Assembly: GCF_052425735.1 (NCBI RefSeq)
Contig: NC_135771.1
Span: 1,550,001 to 1,614,000, forward strand
From: Oculina patagonica
Taxonomy: Eukaryota
Reading direction: 5' to 3'
Length of the DNA: 64,000 nt
Shown one piece after another: positions 48,701-61,082 of this stretch. The position numbers were made by a program, and so were the translations under genes. Position 1 is the first letter of the stretch. Each line of letters begins with the position of its first letter. The notes under the pieces are model-generated. The model did no database searches, was not told the origin of the DNA, and worked only from the letters and a program-made list of their open reading frames with translations.

Positions 48701-51700
48701 TGTTTACAGTGCTTTAAGCATTGACAGCTGACAAAAAGCGTTGGCTTCTTTTGCTTTACTTTGCTTACAGACGTCAGCTACTTTTTCCACAAAATTGAAG
48801 TAAAAGTACTGTTTCAAAAGGTTGATTACTCTGCTTAGTTGCCTACTTGTCTGAACTTTAATAATGTAAAACCCCTGCGTTTATTTTAGGCGAGTGCCTG
48901 TAATGTTGTAAAGAGGAGTTCATCCGTATAATAAAAATAATTTATTGTAAAATAAGGTAATGGCACCTTCTCCTCCACTTTCTGCTACAACATCTTGTCC
49001 AGTGATACCCAAGTCAATTCTGATGAAAAAGTTTGTGACAATCATAATAATTAGAAACTCTTATTTATAACTGCTGCTTTTGAAGTTGAGAAAAGAGAAA
49101 TTGACCCTAATTTCTTCAACCCACAGATTTTAGTGAGCTTAACACTCGTGCACTCAGGCATGAAGCAGATGCGGTAGCCTAATAGTTGGCATGTACTAAA
49201 ACCCGAAACAACGAAACGTAACCACCGAAACGAAACGACCGAAACGAGCGAAACAACCGAAACGGCCAAAACGAGACGAAATCACCGAAACAAGCAAAAC
49301 CCATTACAATTATTGAGAGCTAACCGTAAACAGGCTAACCAGAGTGCATAGTAGGCTAACCGGAGTGGGTAGTAGGCTAACCAGAGTGTATAGTAGGCTA
49401 ACCGGGGTTAATGGTAGGCTAATTGGAGTGTAAAGTAGGCTAAACGGGGTGTATAGTACGGTAAGTGACGGAATTCTTGAAGTTTTGCTTGTTTCGGTGA
49501 TTTCGTTTCGTTTCGCTCGTTTCGGTCGTTTTGTTTCGGTGATTTCGTTTCGTTTCGCTCGTTTCGGCCGTTTCGTTTCGGTGGTTTCGTTTCGTTGTTT
49601 CGGGTTTTAGTATATGCCTAATAGTCAGTGCACTGCACTCCGGATTGAGTGGTCCAGGTTCTAGTCCTGGGTAGGACCGTCACTGTGTTGTGTTCTTGGG
49701 TAAGACAATGTACTCTCACATACATGTAGTGCCTCTCTTCATACAGGCATATAAATGGGTATTGGTGAAAAAAAAACCTTCTGGGTTTAACCCTGCAATA
49801 ACTAGCATCTCATCCAGGTGAAAGTAGAAATACTCCAAGTCATTTTATGCAACTGAAACCAAGATATAAACTCCAGCGCAGTAGGCCAATTGCCAGAATG
49901 CCAACTTTACTTTATCTACTCGGGCTTCAACCTTTTTCAAGTGACGGCAAGAGATGGCATGAGTATTGCTACTACCACCCCCTCCCCCCAACCCCACCTC
50001 CCATTTTGTGAAGATCCCCCAAAAAATTCACCAAAACCCTTTTATACCTCTGAAAGGTGAGAAGCACTCTGGAGGTCTATAACTTTAGCCACTTGGCTGC
50101 CAGGTTTTCCACATGTACAAATCAGGCTTTTATTTAATTTGTTAACTGACCTTCCCTGACTAACATAAAGAGCAATGTCCGCAGCTGGGAGGAAGACAAG
50201 AGCCACTGGAAAAAACAAACAAACACAAAACAAAAACAGTCACTGTGGTAACAAAAATGAGCAATAAAATCTTGACAGCCTTGACTTGCTGGGCCTTGAG
50301 CTATTTTTGTACAAAATGTTATGTACATGTAGATTGATTTAATTTTAAACACAACAATTTTTTTAAGCTAAAAACCTACTGTTGAGGGAGGTACAGAGAG
50401 CCAAATCTAAGCGTGATTTCTTGCGATACTGAAAGAGAGAGAAGGAATGTTTCACTAAAATCATCAACTTTTTAACCCTTTAACCGGCAGATTTCTGTGA
50501 CTTTCTAACGGTTTTTTCTGGGCTTATATATTCTGTAGAACTTCGTGATTGCATATAAGAAGTTCAAGTAAAAATGTGTGCTGTTTCGAAACACCGAGGG
50601 CTCAGATTTTTATTGTGACGTCAGTAGTCGGCAGTTGCTTCTTTCGTAGGCGAGCTGTTGGGCTTGGATTTGGCTCGTTTTGTGTTTATAAGTGATTTTT
50701 CGAGTCATTTTTCACTGCAGAAGCCCCCAGGCTGGCATCATTAAGCTAGAATGGTGGGTAGAGGCCAGCATCTGAAAGAAACCAGAGGTGAGAGATGATT
50801 TTGTCTTGATTGGAACGCCAAAAATATTCGAATCGAAAGATGGCGGTTCATGAGTAAAGTTGTCTCTCTGGCCGTTCTGTGGGTGGCTTCCGAGACCTGC
50901 CAAGGCAATTTGGACGAGTTCTGACTTCAAAAGAATGCAATCGGTGCAACATTTTGCCGGCAGGATTGGGTGGCTCGACACTTATAAAAAATATATGGAA
51001 TAGAGGTAGGTAGCCTTTCATGCCGCCGCCATGACTGTTTTTCCCAGGCATCCCTATCGGTCACCAATGAGGAAATTACAGGTTTGCAAGCATAGCTCTA
51101 ATTGAATAGTAATTGCCGAGTCTGCTGAATGATTGATGGGAAATTTCCTTGGTGAACGGAAAGGAATAGGGTTGACGTTTGCTGCAAATGTATATTTTTG
51201 AAGTCAGAATTATTTTTTCATTAAAAAAAATGGAGGCAAAGATGTGTGTTTTTTGTTGTTGTCCTGTTACGTAGAAAACGGGCATTTTCAGATTTGCTGC
51301 TGAACAAACAACCATATGCAACAGAAATCAAGAGTTGTAGTCAGTTAGTTGGCTTTTAAAGCTATGAAAATTATCACTTTGCCATAAAAAGCAGTCATTA
51401 CTATCATGTGCCCAGATATGTAAAAGCTAGAGATTTTTCAATCACTGCTGGTGTTTATCGTACACATATGTACGATTGCCGGTTAAAGGGTTAAAATAGA
51501 ATATATGAGGCAAAGAAACAGCTCGGGCATTGCCTCAAAATGGCTTCAAGTCTTGGATGCAACTTTCAAATCATGAACAGGATAATCATTCAACTAAAGC
51601 ATATTAATGCTAATAGTGTCTTTGCATTATCAAAGTTAAATGTTGTTTTATTTTTTGTACTAGTAATCTTTACCCTTATAGCTACTGGAGTAAATTTGCG

Positions 51701-54133
51701 ATGATCATGAAAGAAACATTTTCAAATTAGAACTTGCAAAAAAATTATACCACCATGATAATACAGTCAACTCTCGCCTTGCAGGCACCTCGCTATTACG
51801 GACACCCTGTTATTATGGACAGAAGTTGAAGTCCCGGCGAATAAGAATAACTGAAAATTACTCTCACTACAGTACAGACTTCCATTATTATATTACGGAC
51901 ACAAAATTGTGGTCCCAAAGGTGTCTGTTATAGAGTGGAACCCCGATATATAACGATCTTCGATATAATGATATTCCCGATATAACGATGATTATTATTC
52001 AACAGATGCGCGCGCTGCCCATATATGGTCAAAAAGTTAACGATATCTGTCATCCGTACATAACAGATATCCTGCGGTATACGTAGGTTGCGAACAATCG
52101 TCCGAAATTTTGTAAAGCGCTGCATAATTACCGTTTTTCTTTCTGCAAAATGTGTTTCGTTGACAATTTGTCGAATAATAAAACAATTATCCTGCTCAAT
52201 CTTGCGGAATATCGTCTGATTTTAGCCAACTCGGCCTACGGCCTCGTCGGCTAAGTATCAGGCGATATTCCGCGCGATTTCGCAGGATAATTGTTAAATA
52301 TTCTACATGTATGTCCCGGCAAAAGTTACAGTAAAATGTATGGGACGGAACCCCAATATAAGGATCTTTGATATAACGATATAATGATGAGAATTTAGAG
52401 GACCGAACATAAAATCTTTCCCGATATAACGATATTATCAGTACACAGTCACAAGACATAACAATAAACTATTATTATTATTATTATAGAATTTAATGCA
52501 GTAACATTAACATAATCGAGTAATCTCTAATGTTTCTGTAAACAGACTTGTACGATGAAATACGAAAATGATACTGTGTTCTAAGCCTCCTATCAACTTT
52601 ATTCCCTTTATCCTCCTTTAATATGCAGTAAAAAGTACTTGTTAGGTTGACCCCGATATAACGATATTTTCGGTTCTTTTACGGCCATATCGTTATATCA
52701 GGAGTTTCGATATAACGATTCCTTGATATAGCGATATATTTTTACTGCTCCCTTGGCAAATCGTTAAATCAGGGTTCCACTGTATAGGGAGTTGACGGTA
52801 CCTGTATTCCAGCTCTTTCCAGCATAGAAATACACTGATCATAAAGTCTTCCCTTCTTTGGAACAGCCATCAGCATACGTCTTTTTAGCTGCTCATCACT
52901 GATATGAAGTCTAAAGAAAGAACATAAAAATGCTAGTGATGACAATTAGCCTCACCTTTTCAATCATACTGTAAATGATCTAAAAAATGCCTGGGGCGTC
53001 TATTAAATTATAGGGGTCCTGGAGGGGGAGGGGGCATTAAATAAACATGAGGCGTGTATTAAAGAGAGGCATTTATTTCACTTTAACTGTAACAATGTAA
53101 ACAAAGCAAATACTGGTACCGAAAGCAAAGCAACTACCATAATCTTTTTATTTCACGAGAGTGGTTTAACGAGCTACGGCTCCTAAGCTCTTCGTGGATA
53201 AATATATTATGTCTATGTCTATGTCTAATTTAGTTTGTTCACATAGTAAACAGACAACTCTCTTTCAACGGACACCACTATAAGATGGATACCTGATGTT
53301 GGTCCCATCCCTGGCATGGGAAGCAGGAGGTTCAGATCCCCCTGCCCCCCCTTCACCTCCCCCTCCCCCCAACAAACATAATTTTGTAACAAGACTCAGT
53401 GTTGTGTGACACTGGTCTGCCAAGACCCAGACAAGAGGAAGGTAGTGGGGGCAGGGGGGTGGTTGCCCAGGAAAATAGGTGAGAGAGGGGTAGGGAGTGC
53501 AAGAAGAAAGGGCTAAAAGCAGGAGGAGCTGGGGTGGGAGTGGGTGGGATTGGGGAAAATTTACCAACATTTTGCAACATCACGTAATAGCATGCAGTAA
53601 AATAGCACAAAAAGGCAGGAACAAAAGAGTAAATGGCATGCATGGGGAAAGGAGGATTAAATAAACAAAAATGTTTTCATAACTGGTTTCTGTTTATTTG
53701 TTTTATAATTTTCAGATATATTAGAATGTCTCTTGAAGTTTATCTTAGGAGGTATCATAACACTGTAGCAATGCGAAAGTTATGTACGAACTTCCTCTCT
53801 AGATCTAGTACCCACCTCTCCCCCTACTCCCCGGTACCCGCACAACTCTCTAATGGCGTGGTGCAACTCTGTTAATTTGCCGCGTTATACAAAGCAACAG
53901 AGAAAATTAAAACTCTCGACTTTGGTTTTCACCCCTGTTAACACCTTTGAGGTCTCTAAAGGCGCCCGCAGCCATTTCTCAGGACACGTGTTCATGTTTA
54001 TATAATAAGTAGTGCCGTGGAAACACCGAAATTAGATAAAACTCACGCTAAAATAAACGAGCTAGGGCGACGTTAAAACACCTTACCTGTTACACCGTTC
54101 CTCAGTAGATGAGTCTGCTTGAATGCTTGCCAT
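39730..54133 (-). CDS. hisG: ATP phosphoribosyltransferase (long-form HisG, fungal HIS1-like), 309 aa, first step of histidine biosynthesis
   Basis: 16 exons: 54133-54087, 52910-52802, 50428-50380, 50205-50151, 49019-48967, 48644-48595, 48329-48287, 44161-44112, 43961-43908, 43457-43424, 43149-43076, 42512-42477, 40904-40852, 40607-40538, 40182-40083, 39782-39730. Total 930 nt, all GT-AG and in phase. Motifs: AVPKKGRL, FLPAADIA, DLGITGQD, LGFGKCKL, RIVTSFP, SGSVEVAC, DLVETGDTMRAAGL, ITPGKRSATLSPL, C-terminal NCRV. Confidence 0.96.
41061..42154. mobile_element. Kolobok-like non-autonomous DNA transposon
   Basis: TTAA|GGTGGCTCGTACCAGTTTT ... AAAACTGGTACGAGCCACC|TTAA. Confidence 0.88.
42564..42780. 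mobile_element. hAT-like MITE with TGTCGC subrepeats
   Basis: CAGAGGCCCTGCCAGGG / CCCTGGCAGGGCCTCTA. A second CAGGGCC...GGCCCTG element is adjacent (about 42783-43007). Confidence 0.7.
44553..48183. mobile_element. MULE/Foldback-like MITE with (CGAAA)n-rich long TIRs, interrupted by a CACTA element
   Basis: GGCATATACTAAAACCCGAAAC / GTTTCGGGTTTTAGTACATGCC; 9-bp TSD CACTGAAAG at 44544-44552 and 48184-48192. Confidence 0.88.
44760..47886. mobile_element. Non-autonomous CACTA/EnSpm-like element
   Basis: TTA|CACTA...TAGTG|TTA (3-bp TSD). Dozens of subterminal CCATGAAA/TTTCATGG motifs at about 44780-45690 and 47400-47870. Confidence 0.82.
49188..49618. mobile_element. Uninterrupted copy of the (CGAAA)n MITE, in opposite orientation, inserted in a SINE head
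   Basis: Same TIRs and internal TAGTAGGCTAACC repeats; flanks TAATAGTT/TAATAGTC. Confidence 0.88.
50476..51490. mobile_element. piggyBac-like non-autonomous element
   Basis: TTAA|CCCTTTAACCGGCA ... TGCCGGTTAAAGGG|TTAA. Confidence 0.88.
51764..52798. mobile_element. Nested TA-targeting (pogo/Tigger-type) MITEs containing a ~114-bp hairpin element
   Basis: Outer element CAGTCAACTCTC...GGGAGTTGACGG. Inner element GAGTGGAACCCCGAT...ATCAGGGTTCCACTG (about 51932-52782). Hairpin at 52182-52295. Confidence 0.75.
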
Positions 54134-55786
54134 TTTAGGAATGAAAACTCGCTTTTTCACAAACTAGAAATTATAAAAACTCGCACCGAGTGTTCTCACC
54201 GAGACGACAGAGTTTTATTTGCGAGCGTGGAATCCCATGAGCACCCGCGGGGAGCACTAACCGGGGTGGGTACGGGCACGGAACGGGCACAGCCTCCAGG
54301 GTCACGCAACACCAGGGTCTGGAAGGGTATTTTCGGGATCCGGGATTTGATTAAATTACGGTGCGGGATTCGGGAAAACGCAAGATATCTTGACGGGATT
54401 TGGGATTCCGGTTGTCCACGCTCGCAGGAAGTGTTTAAACCAAAAATGCGCAAGACTTGTGTTAAATAAAATACGAGTCGATAAACTTGGAGGATGGCAA
54501 TTACTATTTTAAATAAAATCTCTAGCCATATGCATAATAAAAAACCTTTATTCATCTGTACTCAAAAGTACTGTAATCAACATATTACCTTCCCACTAAA
54601 TAATACAATAAACTTCAGGGGACCCTGAAGGGTTTGCTGAGAACTCTCAGAATTCCTGCCCAGGTATAATTTAAACTATAGCAATTCTTGTAAATAATTT
54701 ATCAACAGAAAGGAGGAATAAATTATTGATTGACTGGTAAACTTTTGGCTACCCCCCCCCCCCCCACAAAAAAAAATTGTTGTTGAAATGTTTTTACCTT
54801 TCAGAATTTTCGAGATCCGCTCCTGTGCTTTCTCTTTCACTCACCCCTAGTATGACAACAAGAGTAATAGGGATTGAAGCCAGCCATCCTGGTCTTTGCC
54901 AATTTGCCTGGGTGGGTAAATCGATGGGCCTATCAAAATGTTTTATAAAAGATGCAGTGGCAGATCCAAGCCTTTGGGTAAGTGTTGGGTCCCGATCATC
55001 AAAACCCTGAAATAAGAGGGGGCCCACTTTTTGACAATTTTTGGTTTGGTTTCTAATAGGGCTCAATGCCCCCCTCTTAATAACATGTATCGTTAATTTT
55101 CTATAATAAGGTAGCTGTTTTCTGTTGTTTTATTAAGTTCTAAGAAAGGAGAGAGACCCTGGGAACAAGGTTGGCAGTCAATAGAATCTTACATGCAAAA
55201 CAAACAAGACCCGGATTAAAGCATTTTTATTGACTGCCTAATGTTTTCTTCTACTTTTATGAAACAGACGGTTTTGCAATAATTGTATTGTTCCAAAAAA
55301 TATCCATACCTCCCCCATGGAATAATTATAAAAAACAATAATAACAAATTTGTAGAGTGCTTTTTCTCAAAAAATCCAAAAGCACGTATTTTGGTTTGAC
55401 CCCTCTCCCCCCAACCCCCCCAGAATTCATATTTTTCTTTAAAATTTTGGATATCAGACCCACTCCACCCTTGGAATTTCCAGTGACCTTCCATGGGGTG
55501 GGTAGCCACTAGCTTGAACCCTGGGGGGTGGGGTATGGATATTTCCTGGAATTACACATTCTCATGAAGCTTCATTAAATCAGTGACCTAAAAATAGTGT
55601 GATTTTGACCCGTCAGCACCTGTCTAGAAAGAATTTACATTATACACATCTTTTAAACCTATGCTACCAATCAAGAAAAAGATAGTATGAACCAATCAAG
55701 AAAAGGATGCTACCAAAAGGATAGTTCACATTTTTTTTATTTATATCAGTTCAATTGCTACCATCAGTTACATTATTTGTCAAATT

Positions 55787-56547
55787 CAGTAAAAACCTGC
55801 GAGTAAGAACCTGCATGAGGGGGACGTGGAGGCACCCTGAACACCACAAAAATAATACACAAACACCGCATCACCGCAAGAAAATTTGATGAAACACTGT
55901 CACCGCAATATAATCAAGTTACTTATGAATGAAAACGGCTTGCTATTGGCAGCTTAAGCATATTAATGATCAACTAGACAATATTTTACTGTATTTTGTT
56001 AATTAAACAATATGGTATTTGCCGTATATGCAAGTATTATAAAGGACAGGTTAACGAAGAGAGCAGAGCTAAATTTAGTTCTGAAAGTGTCAGATAATAA
56101 ACCGTAACATCGCCAATAATTTCGTTTCACCGAACACCGTAGGTTTAAAAACACAAACATCGCACACTGGAGGGTTTGAGATCACCGCAACACTACAAGA
56201 TGGGATTTTATTCCCTGCAACACCCCATAACAAATTAGCAACACTGCAAACCCCCATGCCACATCCTGCATTCTCCTAAATTAGCCTAAACAGGTTAAAT
56301 TATGGTAATTTTCAACATTGGCATTTACATTGCTACTGAAGTGATTGGCTCCTAGGTGTCTCCAAAGAGGAAAAGGAATCTTGACTTAACTTAGTTCCCT
56401 AAAAGTACACACAATTTTAATCAATTTTTGAATTATAAGAACCTATTTCCAAATTTTTGGGTAACTTTGAGGTTCATAATAGAAGGTGTAAAAATGGCAC
56501 ATTTTAGCCATAGAGTTAGGTTAATTCTTACTCATGGATTTTTACTG
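55787..56547. mobile_element. Degenerate copy of the 10696-11070 MITE with a nested insertion
   Basis: CAGTAAAAACCTGCGAGTAAGAAC / TTCTTACTCATGGATTTTTACTG. The insert is flanked by CCTGCAT at 55810-55816 and 56265-56271. Confidence 0.65.
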
Positions 56548-59238
56548 TACTGTTGTACAAATCAAACTATTTCATTGGGTGCTCTCTGATATGATCTTGG
56601 AAAATTTTGTTAGCTGCTTGAAATTATGTTAAAAATAGCTGACGATAACCCATTATCTACATCTCTTACAATCTTACATTGTAATATATTACAATTTAAC
56701 AATATTTTCCTTGCAAATATTTTAATAATTATTTTAAATAATTACAAATTGATAAATATATCTTGAATCTCAAAAATACAACCTTTTTGACACCTTGAAT
56801 TAATTAGTATAACATCATACTACTGTAGATAGTTACTAGTAGTCTTAAAATAATTAATACTTTTGCTCTGCCCCTATTCAAAGTTAGCAAAAATGGAAGA
56901 GTGTGAACATTATAATCACTAGTATCACTCAGATATTTGATTCAAAATTACTTCCATTAACTACAAATTACTGCTGGCTATCATGAAACAAGTACAATCA
57001 GCAACAATACACCAGCCAAAGTAAACCCCAAGCTCACATTTCCCTGAGGGATATAGTCATCCCTGGGGATAAAGTACGTATTATATTGATGACATTTTGT
57101 GTCCCAGCTAACGCTAGTGATCAACACATTGATATATGAGCTACATAGGTATGTGCCGCTATGAAGGCTATGGTTTTCAAGCAGTTTAGTCTGGGATAGG
57201 GATAGATATTTAATGCTAATGTTAGCCGGCTGCCTGGCTCCACCCCTATACTACCCCCTATGGTTATTCCAGGCAGCCAGTACTCTATTTAGTTTCCTTC
57301 CTGTATTAGGGAAGTGCAAAAGTACAGTAAAGGTTGTTGTTATTTGTAGGGTATAGAAATCAGAAAGTTTTGGTCTACAGAAACTGAAAAGGGTATCATT
57401 TACCAGGAAACTGATCAGTGGAGAATTAAGTTCAGAATAGAAATATATACTTTGAAGAGAAAGAGGCTGTCCTAAACGTAAATAATATTGGGGCAACGTT
57501 GCTGACAGATGGTTTTCCATTGCAAACACTAATAGTGATACGGTTCAAAAAAAAGAAAGCCTGGGATAGCGTAGGGATTTCGGTGTCTAGTTTAGTATAG
57601 GTCGGCAAAATCAGCTGAACATGGTCTGGTATAAGGTAAGGGTTTTCAGAGTACCAACAGCACACCCTCGCCCCAGAATATCATATGCCCAAGTGGTTAA
57701 GCATTTGTTTGGGTTACGAGGGGGGGTGAATAGGGGTATGCAAATCCGCCGATCCGTCACAATTAAATGACCGAATCCGTCGATCCGTTGTAATTTATGA
57801 CCAAATCTGATTGAAGGATCCGAAAATCTGTTTAGAAATTTGCTCTGAATCCAAAATCCGGGCCAATATATTATAGTCAAAATCCGTCAATCCATTTTCC
57901 TATTCACCCCCCTCGGTTACCTATGGAGCTTTATTATTACCCTGCCTAGACCAACTTTCATACAGATGCCTTGTATTTTCCTCCCATGTCATAAAAAACG
58001 TTTTTTCACTTTTCCAAAACATTAGCTGGAGACATCTGCATTGAGACTATGCTCAGATATCAGTTCTGATGTGCTATCAAGTACAAACCAATTCACCTCC
58101 CCCCTATAATATTCCAAAAAACATCCACAGACCAACTATTTCCAAAAAGACATTAAGTGAAATTTTAAAAGTACTGCAATAATCACCCCTTTACATGTAG
58201 GTAGAGAAAAGAGGCTCTTGGGCTTTATTTTGACTGGTGCATAACAATGAACAAGCTAAGAGAGGTACATTTGTAGAGTTAGAAGTCTCAAACGCTTTTT
58301 CATAAAAGCAAAAGAGTCCTTACAGAAGGGTGCAGAATTTAAGACAAAACAGGGGCAATAAGTCACAATGTGTGGGTAAAATGAAGATTTCCTTGGATAA
58401 ATGATAAGTACAAGCCAGATTTTTTTACTGCAAATGTTGATCCCAATAAGACACCAAAGGGGGTACTCCGGCTTGTAAATGACCGGTATGATCAAATGGA
58501 GGCAAAACTCAGGACCCAAAAAAATCCCTAAGCCTTCCGACATTACCCAAAAAATCCCTGGACCAAAAATAACCCCCCAAAAAATCCCTTGTCAAATTAC
58601 CCCTAAATTGCCAGGAGGGGCAATAACATAACACAAAGAACGCTGGTTTTGTTTATTCATCATAAATAGGCCAAGGCCGCACCAAGGCACTTTAGCTCGT
58701 TTTTAATACCCCAAAAAAATCCCCTATCTAAATCAAGTCACCCCAAAGAAAATACTTGCCAAATTTTCCAACTCCAAAAAATCCCAGAATCGAAAATTTC
58801 AAACCCAAAAAAATCCTTTGATAATCCCCGTCATTAACAAGCCGGAGTACCCCCCTGGGATAAGACAGTGGAAAGGATATCCAAGAGTGAATAGCAGTAG
58901 AAGCATAATTTGAATTTTGGATCACAAATGAGAGATGTATAACAAATTAGTCCCCCTCCCTCTCCTCCCACTCCACTTACCCTCACCCCATCTCCCCACC
59001 TTGGTCCAGTGCATTAGTCCAGAAAATATTTATAGCCATTCCATAGAGGGTCTTTTTGGTTTGAATCGCCACCACTCTGGAAATTAAAAACTTTGGCCTT
59101 TGAGACCCCCACCCCCACCCCCACAAAATTTCTAGTGACCTTTGATGAGGTGGGTATGGATGTTTTCTGGAACTGCAAAATTAATCCAAATGTTGAAATG
59201 CCTATTGCAATTTACAAGCAGCAATAATGGGTAAGAAA

Positions 59239-60597
59239 TTAGAATTGTTTTAGAGGAGAGAATAAAAGATACCTGATCAAGTGAGCTGGAAGTGGTAACT
59301 GGGGAATCTCCCGGGCAGGAACATGATTAATTACAACCAATCTACACATGTGCTGAAGATTTAAAATTAAAGGGAGCTGCCAAACCCTGATTCGTCCATC
59401 TTTGTAACCGGCAGCAATCTGTTGGCACGTTCGTGTAAACGCCAGGCAAGAAACTTCTGTGTTCTGGTACCAAGTTCTTAAACCATCTGGTTGTTGGTGC
59501 GCATTGAGGACAAATAATACATGTAAGCTCTCTGAATTCAAAGCTAAGACTTTGGAATCCGAGGTACCTACTGCAAGCATTGTGCCATCAGGGGAAAAGG
59601 CGGCAGATCTTATCTTCTGCCATGGAGTCTGCAGCGCATAAGCAAACTGAATGCAAGTCAAGCCAGGTTCATCCGCAGCAAGAGACCACGTCTGTATCGT
59701 GCCATCCTCAAGACATGACGTCAAGTACTTATGACCATAGCGAGGATCAAATAAATACCAACATTGTAAGTGAGAACTAAGTGATCGGCGACTTGTGTGA
59801 CGGAATGGAAGGCACAAACACGTGGACGACGTCGAAGAATCTAAGTCGAGACTACTATGGATGTGAAAATTCTGAGTGTCGAAAACAATTAGCTGTCCAG
59901 AAGTACATGACACGGCTAAGAACAAACCATCAGGGGAAAACACACACGATCTCGCGTGCCCACGAATCTTTGAGCTTGAATTCGTTGCCGATTTCATTTT
60001 TCTCACCATCTTCTTGGTAGCAATGTCAATAATACAGATATGATTTAAATCTCCTGTTAATTTAGATGCCACGACAAGCGAGCGACCATCCGGAGAGAAC
60101 GAACAGCACATTAAAACTCCTCGTCTCTTTCGCCAAAATCTTCGCATGTGAACAACTTCAGCGCTGGTAGTTTTCCACGATCGCATTCGTACCAAAGCGA
60201 GAGAATCCTCGCTAAAAATGCAAACGACCATTTGCCCATCAGGTGAAAAATCACACGATCTAAAAGAGCGCGGAAAATCAGCCAAAAATCCAGTGTTGAT
60301 TTGCCTTCGATTCAGGTCCCATAATCTTATCGACGAAAATTCGCGATTATGGCGTAAGAAAGTCGTTTGTTCTACTTTGGATGCCGTTAAAAGTACGCTA
60401 TCGTCGTCGCTTGGAAAGAAACACGAATAAATGTCCTTGTCTTCGTGTTTTAGTTGAATAACAACGTCGAATAGGTGTTCATGACGATTTTCTGACGGCA
60501 ATGAACGATGTGATCTGCCCGACAAGCGAGGCACAGCTGCACGGTTCGAGAGGGAAAATTCTTCCGCGTGCCGTAAATTTGAAGCATTTGTTCCCAT
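59239..60597 (-). CDS. WD40-repeat and SOCS-box protein (WSB-like), intronless CDS, 452 aa
   Basis: Several CxFSPDG repeats and WD-type blade ends (IRLWD, IQTWS, IRVWQ); C-terminal SOCS box LQHMCRLVV...LPLPAHLIRYL. Confidence 0.9.
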   Translation of the reverse strand: MGTNASNLRHAEEFSLSNRAAVPRLSGRSHRSLPSENRHEHLFDVVIQLKHEDKDIYSCFFPSDDDSVLLTASKVEQTTFLRHNREFSSIRLWDLNRRQINTGFLADFPRSFRSCDFSPDGQMVVCIFSEDSLALVRMRSWKTTSAEVVHMRRFWRKRRGVLMCCSFSPDGRSLVVASKLTGDLNHICIIDIATKKMVRKMKSATNSSSKIRGHARSCVFSPDGLFLAVSCTSGQLIVFDTQNFHIHSSLDLDSSTSSTCLCLPFRHTSRRSLSSHLQCWYLFDPRYGHKYLTSCLEDGTIQTWSLAADEPGLTCIQFAYALQTPWQKIRSAAFSPDGTMLAVGTSDSKVLALNSESLHVLFVLNAHQQPDGLRTWYQNTEVSCLAFTRTCQQIAAGYKDGRIRVWQLPLILNLQHMCRLVVINHVPAREIPQLPLPAHLIRYLLFSPLKQF

Positions 60598-61040
60598 TTC
60601 AGCGAAAAATAACCGAGAACATCACAGTTTTCTTCTTTTGGATTTTTTCATCCTCCGCGACGTTTCTTTTTAAGTGAAGAATTTGTTTTTCTCAAGAACG
60701 AATTATTCAACACTGAATGCAAAGACACATTTCTTGTTTTGATACTCTCCTGCCGTGCAGCCTGGCCTCTTTTATTATGGCGGCGCTCGTGATCTTTGGG
60801 GGTGGGGTGGGGGGGGGGGGGGCTTTGTATTGAAAGGCACACTCTGTTTGTGGTCGACACCAAAAATTGGTAAATCAGCATAGTTGCTGATGAATTTGCT
60901 GTTCTTTTGTCCGATCAGGATCAGAGATCGACTTTCAAAAAGTTCAAGGCTGATCTAATTGCTGAAAAGGGTTTCTTTTCGATTCACCTTCAATCATTTG
61001 GCCAATCATTAGGCAAAACTAACCCGACTGGGAAAGTTTC

Positions 61041-61082
61041 TAGCCTGTGAGCAGGCTCACCTTGGGGCACGCTCGCAGGCTA
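61041..61082. mobile_element. 42-bp miniature TIR element (TAG...CTA termini, 9-bp TSD; AcademH-like)
   Basis: GAAAGTTTC|TAGCCTGTGAGC...GCTCGCAGGCTA|GAAAGTTTC. Confidence 0.8.

Noticed and set aside
44425-49269. ORFs rich in ETTET/RFARF repeats (44425-44782, 48014-48304, 49051-49269)
   Set aside because: These are translations of the (CGAAA)n TIR arrays of a MITE.
39730-54133. Fungal, bacterial or symbiont contamination as the source of hisG
   Set aside because: The introns carry the same MITE and SINE families as the flanking animal genes, and base composition is continuous.
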